Positions 1 through 10,935 of a stretch of DNA of 64,000 nt are shown piece by piece. The notes below the pieces were generated by a model, which saw only the letters and a list, made by a program, of their open reading frames with translations, was not told where the DNA came from and made no database searches. How positions within the stretch are numbered: the first letter of the stretch is position 1; each line of letters opens with the position of its first letter. A program made the position numbers and the translations under genes. The stretch comes from Gammaproteobacteria bacterium (GTDB taxonomy: Bacteria > Pseudomonadota > Gammaproteobacteria > JAADHQ01), in contig DRJK01000127.1 of assembly GCA_011052215.1 (NCBI GenBank), positions 652 to 64,651 on the forward strand, written 5' to 3'.

Positions 1-26
1 GACAGCTACGTTACAGGAATATCAAT

Positions 27-440
27 ATGAATATACTTATTACGGGTGCCAACCGGGGTCTGGGACTGGACTTTTGCCGATAATATCTGTTGCGCGGTGA
101 CCATGTCTGGGCATGTTACCGGTCAGATGAGGGCGGGCTGACTGACCTGGCATCATCTGGATTAACATGCCTGAAATGAGACGTATGCCATTATCCGGAA
201 ACTACCGAACTTGAACAACTGCCAGACAGGCTTGGTCTGGTTATCAATAACGCCGGGCTATACGGGCCTGTCAAGGCCGCGGGTCAATCGCTGGACAAGA
301 TCAGGCCGGAAGACATGATGAAGGTATTTGATACAAATTGTGTTGGCGCGCAGCGTGTCATCCAGTCAGTCAAAAACAGTGTCATCAAGGCACGGGGGAC
401 AATCGCCAATGTCAGTTCGCGTATGGGGTCTTCTTACGTA
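27..440 (+). pseudogene. Degraded SDR-family (short-chain dehydrogenase, CsgA/C-factor-like) oxidoreductase remnant
   Basis: ATG at 27 gives MNILITGANRGLGLDFCR (Rossmann TGxxxGxG) then an in-frame TAA at 81-83. The same frame from ~180 resumes with LGLVINNAGLYGP, MKVFDTNCVGAQRVIQ and IANVSSRMGS (NNAG and SSxxG SDR motifs). The middle is uninterpretable and the C-terminal catalytic half is missing. Confidence 0.45.
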
Positions 441-565
441 CTGTTTTGAGTTTATTCTTTCTGTGCTTGGCAGGTTTCGAGCCGAAGCGGATGCCTGCAT
501 TATGCAGGAATGAATCCGGATATCGGTAATAATGTAGATTGCGGGAGTACCTTCCAGGTATGATT

Positions 566-961
566 CTAGCAGTCCAGCAACTCTGTATCATCATCTGAAT
601 AGGCCGGTGAGCAGGCACACAGGATATGCAGGTCTTCAGAAACGGTGTTTTCAACACTGTGGGCATTCAATGGGGGAATCAGGACAGTATCTCCCGGTTC
701 AATATGAAAGGTTTTCATGCCCAGGGTTATGATACCTTGCCCGGATATCACATAATAGATTTCTTCTGATGAGCGATGTAAATGGAGTCCGGTTTTTGAA
801 CCGGCAGGAATGATGGCCTCGGCCAGGCTCTGATTTTTATTTCCATGATGCAGCGGGTGCATCAATTCCCGGACGGTGGAACCATCCTTGGTAACAAAAG
901 GTTTTATATCCCGGTATTTTGTTCGCATATTTTTTCCAGGTAATTTTACAGAACTTCGCAA
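566..961 (-). CDS. Cupin-domain protein (cupin_2 small barrel)
   Basis: 131 aa ORF. It has a His-rich metal-site motif (HPLHHG...H...E) and the G(D/Q)G...PPxxxH cupin pattern. The true start may be an internal Met. Confidence 0.55.
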   Translation of the reverse strand: MRSSVKLPGKNMRTKYRDIKPFVTKDGSTVRELMHPLHHGNKNQSLAEAIIPAGSKTGLHLHRSSEEIYYVISGQGIITLGMKTFHIEPGDTVLIPPLNAHSVENTVSEDLHILCACSPAYSDDDTELLDC

Positions 962-1083
962 TAACCAGCTGCCCGGGAATGACAGGGACTTCGGCTAATT
1001 GGCCACTACCCCCTGCCCCTCCTTAAATGAGAGCCTAGGAAGAAGGAACCTGAATAATGTCACTTTTCCAGTTAACATCTTCC

Positions 1084-1121
1084 AGAAAAAACAAAACCCG
1101 GTAGTGATTTCACGTACAGGG
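1084..1121 (-). terminator. Putative rho-independent terminator downstream of pnp
   Basis: On the minus strand, a CCCTGTA/TACCGGG imperfect stem with 11-nt loop is followed by TTTTGTTTTTTCT, 35-70 nt after the pnp stop. Confidence 0.4.
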
Positions 1122-1155
1122 TTTTGCGGATGTTACAAAATATGACTTCGGGGCT

Positions 1156-3234
1156 TTACACGGCCTTCATACTAAGGCGAATGCGACCCTGCTTGTCCAC
1201 TTCTAGTACCTTGACCTTGATCACATCACCCTCTGACAGCTTGTCGCTGACCTTTTCGACACGTTCTTCACAGATCTGTGAGATGTGTACCAGCCCGTCC
1301 TTGCCTGGCAGGATGTTAACAAAGGCCCCGAAGTCCATCAGCTTGGCAACCTTGCCTTCGTAGATTTTGCCTACCTCGACATCGGCCGTTATCAGTTCAA
1401 TGCGTGCACGGGCTTCTATACCGGCGGCTTCATCGACACAGGCCACCTTGATGACTCCATCGTCTGTGATATCAATGGTTGCACCCGTTTCCTCGGTGAT
1501 CTGGCGTATGGTTGCGCCACCCTTACCGATGACATCACGGATCTTGTCCGGGTTAATACTGAATGTAACGATACGCGGTGCATAGGCCGACATTTCTTCA
1601 CGGTGAGTATCGATAACCTTGCCCATCTCATCCAGAATATGCAGCCGTCCCTCTTTGGCCTGTTCCAGCGCCTGCTCCATGATTTCCCGTGTTATGCCCT
1701 GGATCTTGATATCCATCTGCAATGCATTAATACCATCACGGGTTCCGGCCACCTTGAAGTCCATATCGCCCAGGTGATCTTCGTCACCCAGAATATCGGT
1801 GAGGACGGCAAACTTGTCACCTTCCTTGATCAGGCCCATGGCAACACCGGCTACAGGCGCCTTGATCGGCACGCCGGCGTCCATCAGTGACAGGCTGGTT
1901 CCACATACCGATGCCATGGAACTGGAACCATTGGATTCGGTGATTTCAGAGACCACACGAATGGCATAGGGGAAATCTTCCATCGCAGGCATCACTGCCT
2001 GTATACCACGCTTGGCCAGGCGTCCATGACCTATTTCACGACGCTTGGGGCTTCCTACGAAACCGGTTTCACCGACACAGTAAGGGGGAAAGTTATAATG
2101 CAGCATGAAGCTTGAACGATAAGTACCGGTCAGGGCATCAACAATCTGTGCATCTTTTGTTGTACCCAGCGTTGTTACGACAATGGCCTGTGTTTCACCA
2201 CGTGTGAACAACGCCGATCCATGCGCCCTTGGAAGGACACCGGTGCGTACTGCGATCTTGCGAACGGTTTTGGTATCGCGACCATCGATTCTTGGTTTGC
2301 CTTCAATAATGCGATCACGAACAATTTTCTTTTCGAGTTTGCCAAATGCACCGATGACATCGGCCTCTGCAGGAGAGTCTTCTGCATCGCTAACCAGTTT
2401 TTCGACAACCGAGCTGCGAATCTCGTTGACCCTGTCGTAGCGTGCCATCTTTTCAGAAATCTGGTAGGCACCATCAAGGTCGGACTGACATGCATCGGCA
2501 GTCGCCTGCTCCAGCCCCTCGTTGCTTGCGGGTGCCTCCCAGGCCGCCGGGGTTACTCCCACTTCTGTGGCGAACTCGCCAATGGCTTTAATTGCGGTTT
2601 GCATTTGTTCCTGACCATACAGGACGGAACCCAGCATGACTTCTTCTGATAACCCTTTGGCTTCAGACTCGACCATCAGGATAGCAGTTTCTGTTCCTGC
2701 TACCATCAGATCCAGTTCAGATGTTTCCATCTCGGTCCGGGTCGGGTTCAGAATGTATTCCCCATCGACATATCCTACACGGGCAGCGCCCAGCGGCCCA
2801 TTGAATGGCAGGCCTGAGATAGCCATGGCAGCAGAGGCACCAATCAGGGACGGCACCTCTGTTTCCACTTCCTTGTTTAACGACATGACGGTACAAATAA
2901 CCTGAACTTCGTTTTTATAACCTTTTGGAAACAAGGGGCGAAGCGGACGATCTATCAGTCTTGATGTCAGTGTTTCCGCTTCACTCGGACGACCCTCCCT
3001 GCGGAAAAAACCACCGGGAATTTTACCGGCTGCATAGGTCTTTTCCTGGTAATTCACAGTTAGCGGAAAGAAATCACGATCGGGCATGGCCTCTTTCTGA
3101 CCAACCACTGTTACGAGGACGACGGTATCGTCCATGTTAACCATCACCGCAGCGGAGGCCTGCCTGGCTATTTCACTGGTTTCCAATACGACAGTATGTT
3201 TACCATACTGAAATTCTTTTTTTATAGGTGTCAC
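1156..3234 (-). CDS. pnp: Polynucleotide phosphorylase (PNPase)
   Basis: 692 aa. N-terminus [20 protein letters not shown] aligns to E. coli PNPase. It has two RNase PH domains, KH and a C-terminal S1 domain. It uses a GTG start with a GAAGGA RBS. Confidence 0.97.
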   Translation of the reverse strand: MTPIKKEFQYGKHTVVLETSEIARQASAAVMVNMDDTVVLVTVVGQKEAMPDRDFFPLTVNYQEKTYAAGKIPGGFFRREGRPSEAETLTSRLIDRPLRPLFPKGYKNEVQVICTVMSLNKEVETEVPSLIGASAAMAISGLPFNGPLGAARVGYVDGEYILNPTRTEMETSELDLMVAGTETAILMVESEAKGLSEEVMLGSVLYGQEQMQTAIKAIGEFATEVGVTPAAWEAPASNEGLEQATADACQSDLDGAYQISEKMARYDRVNEIRSSVVEKLVSDAEDSPAEADVIGAFGKLEKKIVRDRIIEGKPRIDGRDTKTVRKIAVRTGVLPRAHGSALFTRGETQAIVVTTLGTTKDAQIVDALTGTYRSSFMLHYNFPPYCVGETGFVGSPKRREIGHGRLAKRGIQAVMPAMEDFPYAIRVVSEITESNGSSSMASVCGTSLSLMDAGVPIKAPVAGVAMGLIKEGDKFAVLTDILGDEDHLGDMDFKVAGTRDGINALQMDIKIQGITREIMEQALEQAKEGRLHILDEMGKVIDTHREEMSAYAPRIVTFSINPDKIRDVIGKGGATIRQITEETGATIDITDDGVIKVACVDEAAGIEARARIELITADVEVGKIYEGKVAKLMDFGAFVNILPGKDGLVHISQICEERVEKVSDKLSEGDVIKVKVLEVDKQGRIRLSMKAV

Positions 3235-3251
3235 AGATTATTCCTTCACTT

Positions 3252-3271
3252 GTATCCGGCTCTCCGGATAC
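3252..3271 (-). promoter_or_regulatory. rpsO-pnp intergenic stem-loop (rpsO terminator / pnp leader hairpin)
   Basis: GTATCCGG-CTCT-CCGGATAC 8-bp stem with 4-nt loop, located between the rpsO stop (3292) and the pnp start (3234). It is positionally analogous to the RNase III/PNPase autoregulatory hairpin of E. coli. Confidence 0.4.
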
Positions 3272-3291
3272 CGATTATTTAATTTATTTGA

Positions 3292-3558
3292 TTATCGACG
3301 TAGACCCAGACGTTTAATCAGGTCCTGATAGCGCGCCTCATCTTTTTTCTTGACATAATCCAGCAATTTACGACGCTGGTTAATCATGCGCAATAAGCCA
3401 CGACGTGAATGATGATCGTGTTTATGATCATTAAAATGGGTCGTCAGTTTATTAATATTGCTTGTCAACAAGGCAACCTGGACTTCCGGGGAACCAGTAT
3501 CATTACTGGAAAGCCGGTAGCCTTCTACGACACTCGATTTCTCTTGTGCACTCAACAT
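3292..3558 (-). CDS. rpsO: 30S ribosomal protein S15
   Basis: 88 aa with a typical S15 sequence ([33 protein letters not shown]). Confidence 0.97.
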   Translation of the reverse strand: MLSAQEKSSVVEGYRLSSNDTGSPEVQVALLTSNINKLTTHFNDHKHDHHSRRGLLRMINQRRKLLDYVKKKDEARYQDLIKRLGLRR

Positions 3559-3844
3559 ACATATTCTCCTGATAGATCTTCTAAAGCCACTTACATCAAG
3601 CGGCGTATTTTACCTTTGGGGCACCCAAGTAACAAGCACTATTGGCAAAAAAATACCAATCAGATAAATAAGTTAGCTTGATCATCGACTTGATACGATC
3701 CCCTTCCCCGGGCTTATCCAGATTGGTGATTCTGACCTGTCCAGGCCACCCGGCCAGGCGCCTTGCGTATGCAACCATTCATAATGAACAGATTTCTTTT
3801 AAAGATATTTTTCAAGAGGTTATGCGCTTCTCTTAAGGCAATAT

Positions 3845-4765
3845 TTATGTATGAAACAGGCGCTTTGGTGCAACCTTGCCATCGTCAGAGATCTGGCCTA
3901 CGCCGATGAACTGCTGCTTCTCTGAATTATAAAGCCGCACCCATCCCCGGGTCGGTGCCCTGGGCACCTGCACGGGCTGTCCCTGCAACAGGTAATAAGC
4001 CATGTCGGCATTGAGCTGGACATCTGGCCAGTCCATCAGCGCGGAATCGATGGGTAGCAGCAAATCATCGAGCTGATGTTTATTCTCTGCCAGCATCGCT
4101 TCAAGTTGATCCAGCTTAACCATCTTCCCTGAGTCCTGAAATGGCCCAACGGTTAACCGCCGCAGCTCGACCACATGGGCCCCACAACCGAGTTTCTGAC
4201 CGATATCCTCAACCAGGGTACGTATATATGTTCCCTTTGAACATTTAACGTCCAGCTCCAGCAGCCCATCCTTGTAAGCTATCAGGACAAGCTCATGAAT
4301 ATGAATCGTGCGGGGCTCCCTGACAACTTCAATACCCTGCCGGGCCAGGTTATACAGGCGCTCACCTTGGTGTTTTAAGGCAGAAAACATCGGGGGAATT
4401 TGCTCAATGGTCCCCGTGAACCCCTGCAAGACCTCCATGATCATCCTTTCATCCAGTCCGGGTACCCCGGATTCACTGGTCACCTCACCTTCGGCATCAC
4501 CGGTATTGGTGGTCACCCCCAGGCGACCAACCAATTGATAACGCTTATCAGCTGTGAGCAGGAAATTGGATATCTTGGTTGCCTCACCAAAACAGATGGG
4601 CAGCATACCGGTAGCCAGTGGGTCCAGGCTGCCGGTATGCCCCGCTTTCTGGGCAAAGAATATTTTCTTGACCCTTTGCAAGGCCTGATTGGAACTTAAA
4701 CCCGGTGGTTTATCCAGCAGGAGAACACCGTTTACCGGGCGTCCCCGTTTACGTCTGTGCGCCAT
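3845..4765 (-). CDS. truB: tRNA pseudouridine-55 synthase
   Basis: 306 aa. GVLLLDKPxGxSS, HxGTLDPxAxGxLP catalytic Asp motif and a PUA-like C-terminus. Confidence 0.95.
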   Translation of the reverse strand: MAHRRKRGRPVNGVLLLDKPPGLSSNQALQRVKKIFFAQKAGHTGSLDPLATGMLPICFGEATKISNFLLTADKRYQLVGRLGVTTNTGDAEGEVTSESGVPGLDERMIMEVLQGFTGTIEQIPPMFSALKHQGERLYNLARQGIEVVREPRTIHIHELVLIAYKDGLLELDVKCSKGTYIRTLVEDIGQKLGCGAHVVELRRLTVGPFQDSGKMVKLDQLEAMLAENKHQLDDLLLPIDSALMDWPDVQLNADMAYYLLQGQPVQVPRAPTRGWVRLYNSEKQQFIGVGQISDDGKVAPKRLFHT

Positions 4766-4782
4766 AACTTTTAGCTTGTCAC

Positions 4783-5157
4783 CTATTCATCAGCTTGATG
4801 ATTTCTCCTGTCCGCAGACACGGCATCCTCTATCAGGCTTGTTAATCTGGATCCATTCTCTATAGAATCGTCATAGACAAAATGCAGGTGTGGTATATGA
4901 CGAATTGACAGTCTTTGCGCCAGTTCATGCTGCAAAAAACCGGCTGCACCCGACAGCACAGACAAGGTCGATTCCCTCTTGCCATCGTCCAGTGTAGTGA
5001 TATATACCTTCGCATGAGAAAGATCACGCGAAACCTTTACGGCATTAACCGATATCATGCCAACCCTTGGGTCCTTTAGCTGAGTGCGGATCAGGTCGGC
5101 AAGGTCACGTTGAATTTGCAGACCAATTCTGCGGGTTCGACTGAAATCTTTTGGCAT
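4783..5157 (-). CDS. rbfA: Ribosome-binding factor A
   Basis: 124 aa. RxxRIxxxIQRxLAxLI and a KH-like fold signature. Conserved position between infB and truB. Confidence 0.95.
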   Translation of the reverse strand: MPKDFSRTRRIGLQIQRDLADLIRTQLKDPRVGMISVNAVKVSRDLSHAKVYITTLDDGKRESTLSVLSGAAGFLQHELAQRLSIRHIPHLHFVYDDSIENGSRLTSLIEDAVSADRRNHQADE

Positions 5158-5219
5158 ATCCTGTACCGGAAATTATTATCTCTGTTCAGGTGTTACGTGA
5201 ATCAGATACGTTTTGCAGG

Positions 5220-7718
5220 TTACAGTTCACGCTTGACCTGTACCCGTTCAAAGACCTCGATCTGGTCTCCTGATTTGATGTCATTGTAATTCTTGACACC
5301 AATACCACATTCGACACCTGATTTAACTTCATTGGCCTCATCCTTGAATCGTCTGAGTGATTCCAGCTCGCCTTCATAAATTACAATGTCATCACGTAAT
5401 ACGCGTATCGGGCTATTACGCTTCACCACACCATCGATGACCAGACAGCCGGCTATTGCACCCAATGAAGATGAACTGAACACGTCACGAACTTCTGCAA
5501 GACCAATGATGTCTTCCTTGAATTCCGGTGCCAGCATTCCTGTCAGGGCTGCCTTGACCTCATCAATCAGATCATAAATAACGCTAAAGTAATGAAGGTC
5601 GATCCCCTCTTCCTCTATCATTCGTTTGGATGAAACATCTGCACGTACATTGAAACCGAAGACAACAGCACCCGATGCCATTGCAAGGTTGATATCCGAC
5701 TCATTGATACCACCCACTCCGGTGGCAACAATGTTGACTTTAACTTCATCAGTAGAAAGTTTTAATAATGAACCCGTAATTGCCTCAACCGAGCCTTGAA
5801 CATCTGCCTTGATCAGAACATTGAGCGTGCTGACTTTTCCGCTCTCCATGTTTGTAAACATGTTTTCCAGCTTGGCCTTTTGCTGATTAGCCAGCTTGGT
5901 TTCACGTGTTCTGATTTGCCTGAGGCTGGCAACCTCACGCGCCTTACGCTCATCCTTGATGGCAACGGCCTCGTCACCTGCATTGGGGGGGCCCGAAAGG
6001 CCGAGTACCTCAACTGGTATGGAAGGACCTGCCGAGTCTACCGGTTTCCCGTCTTCATTCAGTATTGCCCGAATTCGCCCATACTCATTACCTGCAACCA
6101 GTACATCGCCTTTACGCAAGGTTCCTTGCTGCACCAGGACTGTTGCAACCGGGCCGCGACCCTTGTCGAGTCTGGACTCAATAACAACGCCCTTTGCGCC
6201 GGCATCGACAGGGGCCTTCAGTTCCAGAACCTCTGACTGCAATAATATGGCTTCAAGCAAACTGTCAACACCTTCACCGGTATGCGCTGAAACATTAATA
6301 AACATGACGTCGCCACCCCAGTCTTCCGGCATCACATCTTCCTGTGATAACTCCTGTTTTACTCTATCAGGTTGTGCCTCTTCCTTGTCAATCTTGTTTA
6401 TGGCAATAATAATAGGGACACCACCTGCACGGGCATGCTGGATGGCTTCTTTTGTCTGTGGCATAACGCCGTCATCGGCCGCAACTACAATGATAACAAT
6501 GTCGGTTGATTTGGCGCCGCGTGCACGCATTGCCGTAAATGCGGCATGACCCGGCGTGTCCAGAAAAGTGATCATGCCTTTATCTGTATCAACGTGGTAA
6601 GCACCGATGTGTTGTGTTATTCCGCCTGCCTCACCAGAGGCAACACGGCTATTTCTGATATAATCCAGCAAGGATGTCTTGCCGTGGTCCACATGGCCCA
6701 TAATCGTCACAACGGGTGCACGCGGCTCAAGCGGGGCATCGGATTCTTCAACTGTTATAAGTTGTTCTTCAATGGCATCATCACTGATCAGCTTGACTGT
6801 ATGGCCCATTTCCTCAACGACTACGGTGGCTGTCTCCTGGTCCAGAACCTGATTTATCGTAACCATACTACCCAGATTCATCATGACCTTGATCACTTCT
6901 GCCGCCTTGACCGTCATTTTTTGTGCAAGCTCGGCAACTGTAATCGATTCGGGAATATTAACTTCATGAACAATGGGCGCCACCGGCCTTTCAAAACCAT
7001 GCTCCTGACTTGATGAGACCGTTACATTCCTGTTCTTGGGTTTTTTCTTGCGCCGACCACTTTTATTAAGCGACACATGTAATTCCTGGCGGCCGTAACG
7101 TGTCGACTTGTCATCCTTGCGCTTACCTTTTTTCTCAGGCTTTTTGTCACCCTTGCCACCCGCTTCTTCGGCTTTCATGGCGTTTTCCCTGGCCTTTTCC
7201 ATCTCCTGACGCAGCAATGCCTCTTCTTCTGCTTTTTTGCGTACCTCTTCTTCTTTGGCCTTGAGTTTCGCCTGCGCTTCTTCCTGTTGCCTGAACTCTT
7301 CCTTCTCTTTTTCTTTGGCTTCTTCTTCTGCCTTTAACCTGGCCTCTTCCTGCGCTTTAAGTTCGGCTTCTTCCTTTTTCTTGCGCTCTTCCTCCTCGAG
7401 GATATCCGAACGTTTGACGTATGTGCGCTTCTTGCGTACTTCTACATTAACTGTCTTGCTCTTGCCATGCGTACCTGTTACACGCAATTCACTTTGAGTC
7501 TTTCTTCGTAATGTAATCTTGCGCGGTCCTTCCCCGTCAGCACCCATATTTTTCCCATGACTGAGACGCAGATGATCCAGCAATTGCATCTTCTGCCGAT
7601 CTGTTATCAAGTCAGTATCATTGGAGAAATTCAATCCTGCTTCACCCAGTTGGGCCAGCATTTTTTCTGCTGGTACTCCAACGACTTCAGCAAACTGCTT
7701 GACTGTTACATCTGACAT
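5220..7718 (-). CDS. infB: Translation initiation factor IF-2
   Basis: 832 aa. It has a charged E/K/A-rich N-terminal repeat region, a GTPase G-domain ([21 protein letters not shown]) and C-terminal beta-barrel domains. Confidence 0.97.
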   Translation of the reverse strand: MSDVTVKQFAEVVGVPAEKMLAQLGEAGLNFSNDTDLITDRQKMQLLDHLRLSHGKNMGADGEGPRKITLRRKTQSELRVTGTHGKSKTVNVEVRKKRTYVKRSDILEEEERKKKEEAELKAQEEARLKAEEEAKEKEKEEFRQQEEAQAKLKAKEEEVRKKAEEEALLRQEMEKARENAMKAEEAGGKGDKKPEKKGKRKDDKSTRYGRQELHVSLNKSGRRKKKPKNRNVTVSSSQEHGFERPVAPIVHEVNIPESITVAELAQKMTVKAAEVIKVMMNLGSMVTINQVLDQETATVVVEEMGHTVKLISDDAIEEQLITVEESDAPLEPRAPVVTIMGHVDHGKTSLLDYIRNSRVASGEAGGITQHIGAYHVDTDKGMITFLDTPGHAAFTAMRARGAKSTDIVIIVVAADDGVMPQTKEAIQHARAGGVPIIIAINKIDKEEAQPDRVKQELSQEDVMPEDWGGDVMFINVSAHTGEGVDSLLEAILLQSEVLELKAPVDAGAKGVVIESRLDKGRGPVATVLVQQGTLRKGDVLVAGNEYGRIRAILNEDGKPVDSAGPSIPVEVLGLSGPPNAGDEAVAIKDERKAREVASLRQIRTRETKLANQQKAKLENMFTNMESGKVSTLNVLIKADVQGSVEAITGSLLKLSTDEVKVNIVATGVGGINESDINLAMASGAVVFGFNVRADVSSKRMIEEEGIDLHYFSVIYDLIDEVKAALTGMLAPEFKEDIIGLAEVRDVFSSSSLGAIAGCLVIDGVVKRNSPIRVLRDDIVIYEGELESLRRFKDEANEVKSGVECGIGVKNYNDIKSGDQIEVFERVQVKREL

Positions 7719-7736
7719 CTGGTTTTGCTCCGGTTA

Positions 7737-9236
7737 TTAACCTTGCTGATCTTCTTCAAACCAATGCGCCCTGGCGGCCATAATAAGCTCGCCCGCATTC
7801 TCATTACTCATCTCCTTGATTTCAACAAGCTCATCAACTGCCAACTCGGCCAAATCATCAAGAGTGGTAATTTTCTTGCCTGCCAGTACATATGCCAGAT
7901 CTTCTGTCATCCCTTCCAGATCCAGCAGTTCCTGTTCGGGTGTACTGTCCCCGATCTGCTCTTCATTGACTATGGCCCGGGTCAGAAGCACATCGCGTGC
8001 CCGACCTCGTAGTTCCTCTACTATGGCTTCATCAAATTCCTCAATTTCCAGCAACTCACTTGCCGGCACATAGGCAATCTCGTCAATTGAGGAAAAACCT
8101 TCCTGGGCGAGGATAACGGCTACTTCCTCGTCGACATCGAGTTGCTCCATAAACAGTTTTTGCACTACCTCATGCTCGCCTTCAGACTTTTCTTCCGCCT
8201 GGGACTCGCTCATGGCATTCAGAGTCCAGCCAGTCAGTTCACTGGCCAACTTCACATTCTGTCCCCCTCGACCTATTGCCTGTGATAATTGTTCATCACT
8301 CACGGCAATATCCATGCTTGAGGATTCTTCATCGACAACAATGGATACAACCTCGGCAGGCGACATTGCATTGATTACAAACTGGGCAGCATTCTCGTCC
8401 CATAAAATGATGTCAACGCGCTCACTGGACAATTCATTGGAAACTGTTTGCACACGTGACCCGCGCATACCCACACATGCTCCAATTGGATCAATTCTTG
8501 GATCATTGGATTTTACCGCAATTTTTGCCCGCAGGCCCGGGTCGCGAGATGCCCCCCGTATTTCGATCAGCCCCTGGCCCACTTCCGGCACCTCAAGCTT
8601 GAATAACTCAATCAGGAATTCAGACATGGTGCGACTGACAAACAGCTGCGGCCCCCTCGGTTCTGAGCGCACCTCATATAAATAACCACGTACGCGATCA
8701 CCGGAGCGCAATGCCTCTCTTGGAATCATCTGTTCACGTGGAATCATTGCCTCGACATTTCCACCCAGGTCGATATAAACGTTGCCACGCTCCATCCTTT
8801 TAACTATTCCACTGACCAGCTCTCCTATTCGGTCCTGGTAGGCATCGACAACCTGGGCACGCTCTGCTTCCCTGACCTTCTGGACAATAACCTGCTTGGC
8901 CGTCTGCGCAGCGATTCGCCCGAAATCTACCGAGTCCATGTCCTCTTCATAATAGTCATCAATATCCAGGTCCGCGTCATCGTATTGGGCCGCACTTAAA
9001 GTCATCTGACGTTGTGGAAATTCCATCTCATCATCATCCGCTATGACCTGCCATCGACGAAATGTTTCGTAATCTCCCGTACTGCGATCAATTTTAACCC
9101 TTGTTTCTATATCACCACCGTGTTTTTTCCTGGCGACAGACGCAAGTGCGGCTTCAATTGCCTCAAAGATAATATCTTTGGCAACGCCCTTTTCGTTAGA
9201 CACTGTATCAACAACCAATAATATCTCTTTATTCAT
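7737..9236 (-). CDS. nusA: Transcription termination/antitermination factor NusA
   Basis: MNKEILLVVDTVSNEKGV matches the NusA N-terminus, with S1, KH1/KH2 and two acidic C-terminal repeat domains. The ORF extends 7 codons upstream (to 9257); the start is chosen by homology. Confidence 0.95.
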   Translation of the reverse strand: MNKEILLVVDTVSNEKGVAKDIIFEAIEAALASVARKKHGGDIETRVKIDRSTGDYETFRRWQVIADDDEMEFPQRQMTLSAAQYDDADLDIDDYYEEDMDSVDFGRIAAQTAKQVIVQKVREAERAQVVDAYQDRIGELVSGIVKRMERGNVYIDLGGNVEAMIPREQMIPREALRSGDRVRGYLYEVRSEPRGPQLFVSRTMSEFLIELFKLEVPEVGQGLIEIRGASRDPGLRAKIAVKSNDPRIDPIGACVGMRGSRVQTVSNELSSERVDIILWDENAAQFVINAMSPAEVVSIVVDEESSSMDIAVSDEQLSQAIGRGGQNVKLASELTGWTLNAMSESQAEEKSEGEHEVVQKLFMEQLDVDEEVAVILAQEGFSSIDEIAYVPASELLEIEEFDEAIVEELRGRARDVLLTRAIVNEEQIGDSTPEQELLDLEGMTEDLAYVLAGKKITTLDDLAELAVDELVEIKEMSNENAGELIMAARAHWFEEDQQG

Positions 9237-9265
9237 CCCATCATTTCCTGCAACCAAGAACGTAA

Positions 9266-9721
9266 TTAAAATTCCGGTGCCAGTCTCGCCTGGTCAATAT
9301 TATCCAATGACAACCGAACCTCTTGCCCCTGCATATCAATAATAACTTCATTTCCCTGCCATCCTTGCAGAATACCCTTGTAATTCTTCCTGCCTTGCTG
9401 CGCCCTGACCAGCTTCACCTTTATGGATTGTCCGGCAAATCGCTCAAAATCACCCGGCTTGAATAACGGTCTATCCAGACCCGGTGAGGAAATTTCCAGA
9501 TTATAGTTTCCCGGCACCGGATCCTCTACATCAAGAACCCCACTCAGCTGATGACTGACAGCCTGGCAATCATCAAGCATAATTCCTTGATTTTTATCGA
9601 TATATACGCGCAGAACGCCTGACTTATCGTGCATCAGATGCTCGACCCCGACCAGCTCATAGCCCATCGATGTCACCACATCTTCAACGATGCGCTGTAT
9701 TTTTTCAGGCACCTGCCTCAT
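9266..9721 (-). CDS. rimP: Ribosome maturation factor RimP
   Basis: VxxxGYELVGVE...LRVYID...DDCxxVSHQLSxVLDVEDP...YNLEISSPGLDRPL matches RimP. Start trimmed to Met16 of the ORF (ORF runs to 9766). Confidence 0.9.
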   Translation of the reverse strand: MRQVPEKIQRIVEDVVTSMGYELVGVEHLMHDKSGVLRVYIDKNQGIMLDDCQAVSHQLSGVLDVEDPVPGNYNLEISSPGLDRPLFKPGDFERFAGQSIKVKLVRAQQGRKNYKGILQGWQGNEVIIDMQGQEVRLSLDNIDQARLAPEF

Positions 9722-10020
9722 ATATTTCGCCGCTGTAAAAACTAAAAGTGGGCCCTTAAGGCCCACTTATTATTACTCTTGGAAATTCCAAGACGGCATT
9801 ATACCTACTTAGCCTGATTTAGCCAATAGACTTATGAAAAATATACAGAATTATCACAATCGAAAGCCTGACAGAGACTGATTTTTAAAATGATCACACC
9901 GGCACCGGTGCTAGCGTTATGAAATATAGTATCTATTTGATTTTTATATTGTTATTAATTTTAAAAGCAAACAGACTTCAGGCACATTGTTCAGGAATCA
10001 CCGGGTTGACCAGCCCATGT

Positions 10021-10830
10021 TTATCTGGCAAAAGGATTTTTTACACTCTTCAATCTGGTCACCAGGCTGTTTTTTTTATTCATCTCCAGCTCGTCCTTCT
10101 CACGCTCCTCTGCCAGAAACAGCTCCTTTTGCCGCTCCATTCTTGCCTCCCGAACAAGCCTCTGGAAATATGCCTTCTCGACATTGGGTAAATCCATTTT
10201 CAGGAAACCGTTCTCCTTTCTGACTATATACTTGCCCAGCTCGTCCAGAAAAGTGTCATCAACCTGCTGTGGGTTGAGACAGGACTGCTGCCAGAGCAGG
10301 TCTTCATAATTCCTGATAGTCATGACAATACCCGAGGTTTCAAGCTCACCCTTGAATTCAAAGGATACCGGGACAACGGATTCAACAGTGATATCTGCAC
10401 CGATCACTTCGTTATTTCCACCGCGCTCCCTTTTACAGCCATAGCGTATTCCGGCTCGATCCATCTCCTCCATAAGTGCATGCAGTTTTTTCTTACCCTC
10501 TACTGAAAAAGTCAATTCCTCCCCGGATTCACACCTGAAGCTGAACTGGACTTTTTTCAGTACCTCCTTGCGCCCCTTTTCCATGTGATAACCTGTTTGT
10601 CTCAGGTCTGCCAGGGTGCCATAACCGGAAATATTGTAATCAACCCTGATATCCGGTTTCAGATAGTTAAGATGCAACTCAAGCTCCTTGAGGTAATTGT
10701 AGATCCTCTCGATTCTTGGATTGATTTCCTTGTCGTAGATTTCACGCAAGCGGTGAGCACTCTCTTTCTCAAGTTGCTCTTTCTTCCTTGCTACTTCCGA
10801 TGCCTGTCGCAGTTCATCTAATAGTGCCAT
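10021..10830 (-). CDS. Uncharacterized 269-aa protein with coiled-coil-like charged N- and C-terminal segments; no family recognized
   Basis: Long ORF with an RBS-like GGGACAGG upstream. Lys/Glu/Arg-rich heptad-like ends flank a central mixed alpha/beta region. It lies 105 bp downstream of, and co-oriented with, the RR-PP2C gene. Confidence 0.6.
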   Translation of the reverse strand: MALLDELRQASEVARKKEQLEKESAHRLREIYDKEINPRIERIYNYLKELELHLNYLKPDIRVDYNISGYGTLADLRQTGYHMEKGRKEVLKKVQFSFRCESGEELTFSVEGKKKLHALMEEMDRAGIRYGCKRERGGNNEVIGADITVESVVPVSFEFKGELETSGIVMTIRNYEDLLWQQSCLNPQQVDDTFLDELGKYIVRKENGFLKMDLPNVEKAYFQRLVREARMERQKELFLAEEREKDELEMNKKNSLVTRLKSVKNPFAR

Positions 10831-10935
10831 TACCTGTCCCTTTTAAACCTGACTGTATCCAGTAATTATCTGTTTACTAAAATTCATAATCAAAATATCA
10901 CTATTGCAAAAGAACTGAAATCCTTAAATCTTCAC

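Noticed and set aside
5896-6549. 217-aa plus-strand ORF (Ser/Thr/Pro/Ala-rich) inside infB, plus similar long antisense ORFs in nusA (8212-8685), carA (43044-43559), dapB (44433-44849) and ftsH (36573-36881)
   Set aside because: They lie entirely antisense to well-supported conserved genes. Their composition is the low-complexity kind expected from reverse-strand reading of GC-skewed codons. No RBS or homology signal is present.
9919-10191. 90-aa plus-strand ORF in the rimP upstream region
   Set aside because: It overlaps the 3' end of the 269-aa gene on the opposite strand. It is hydrophobic and low-complexity, with no RBS. Likely spurious.
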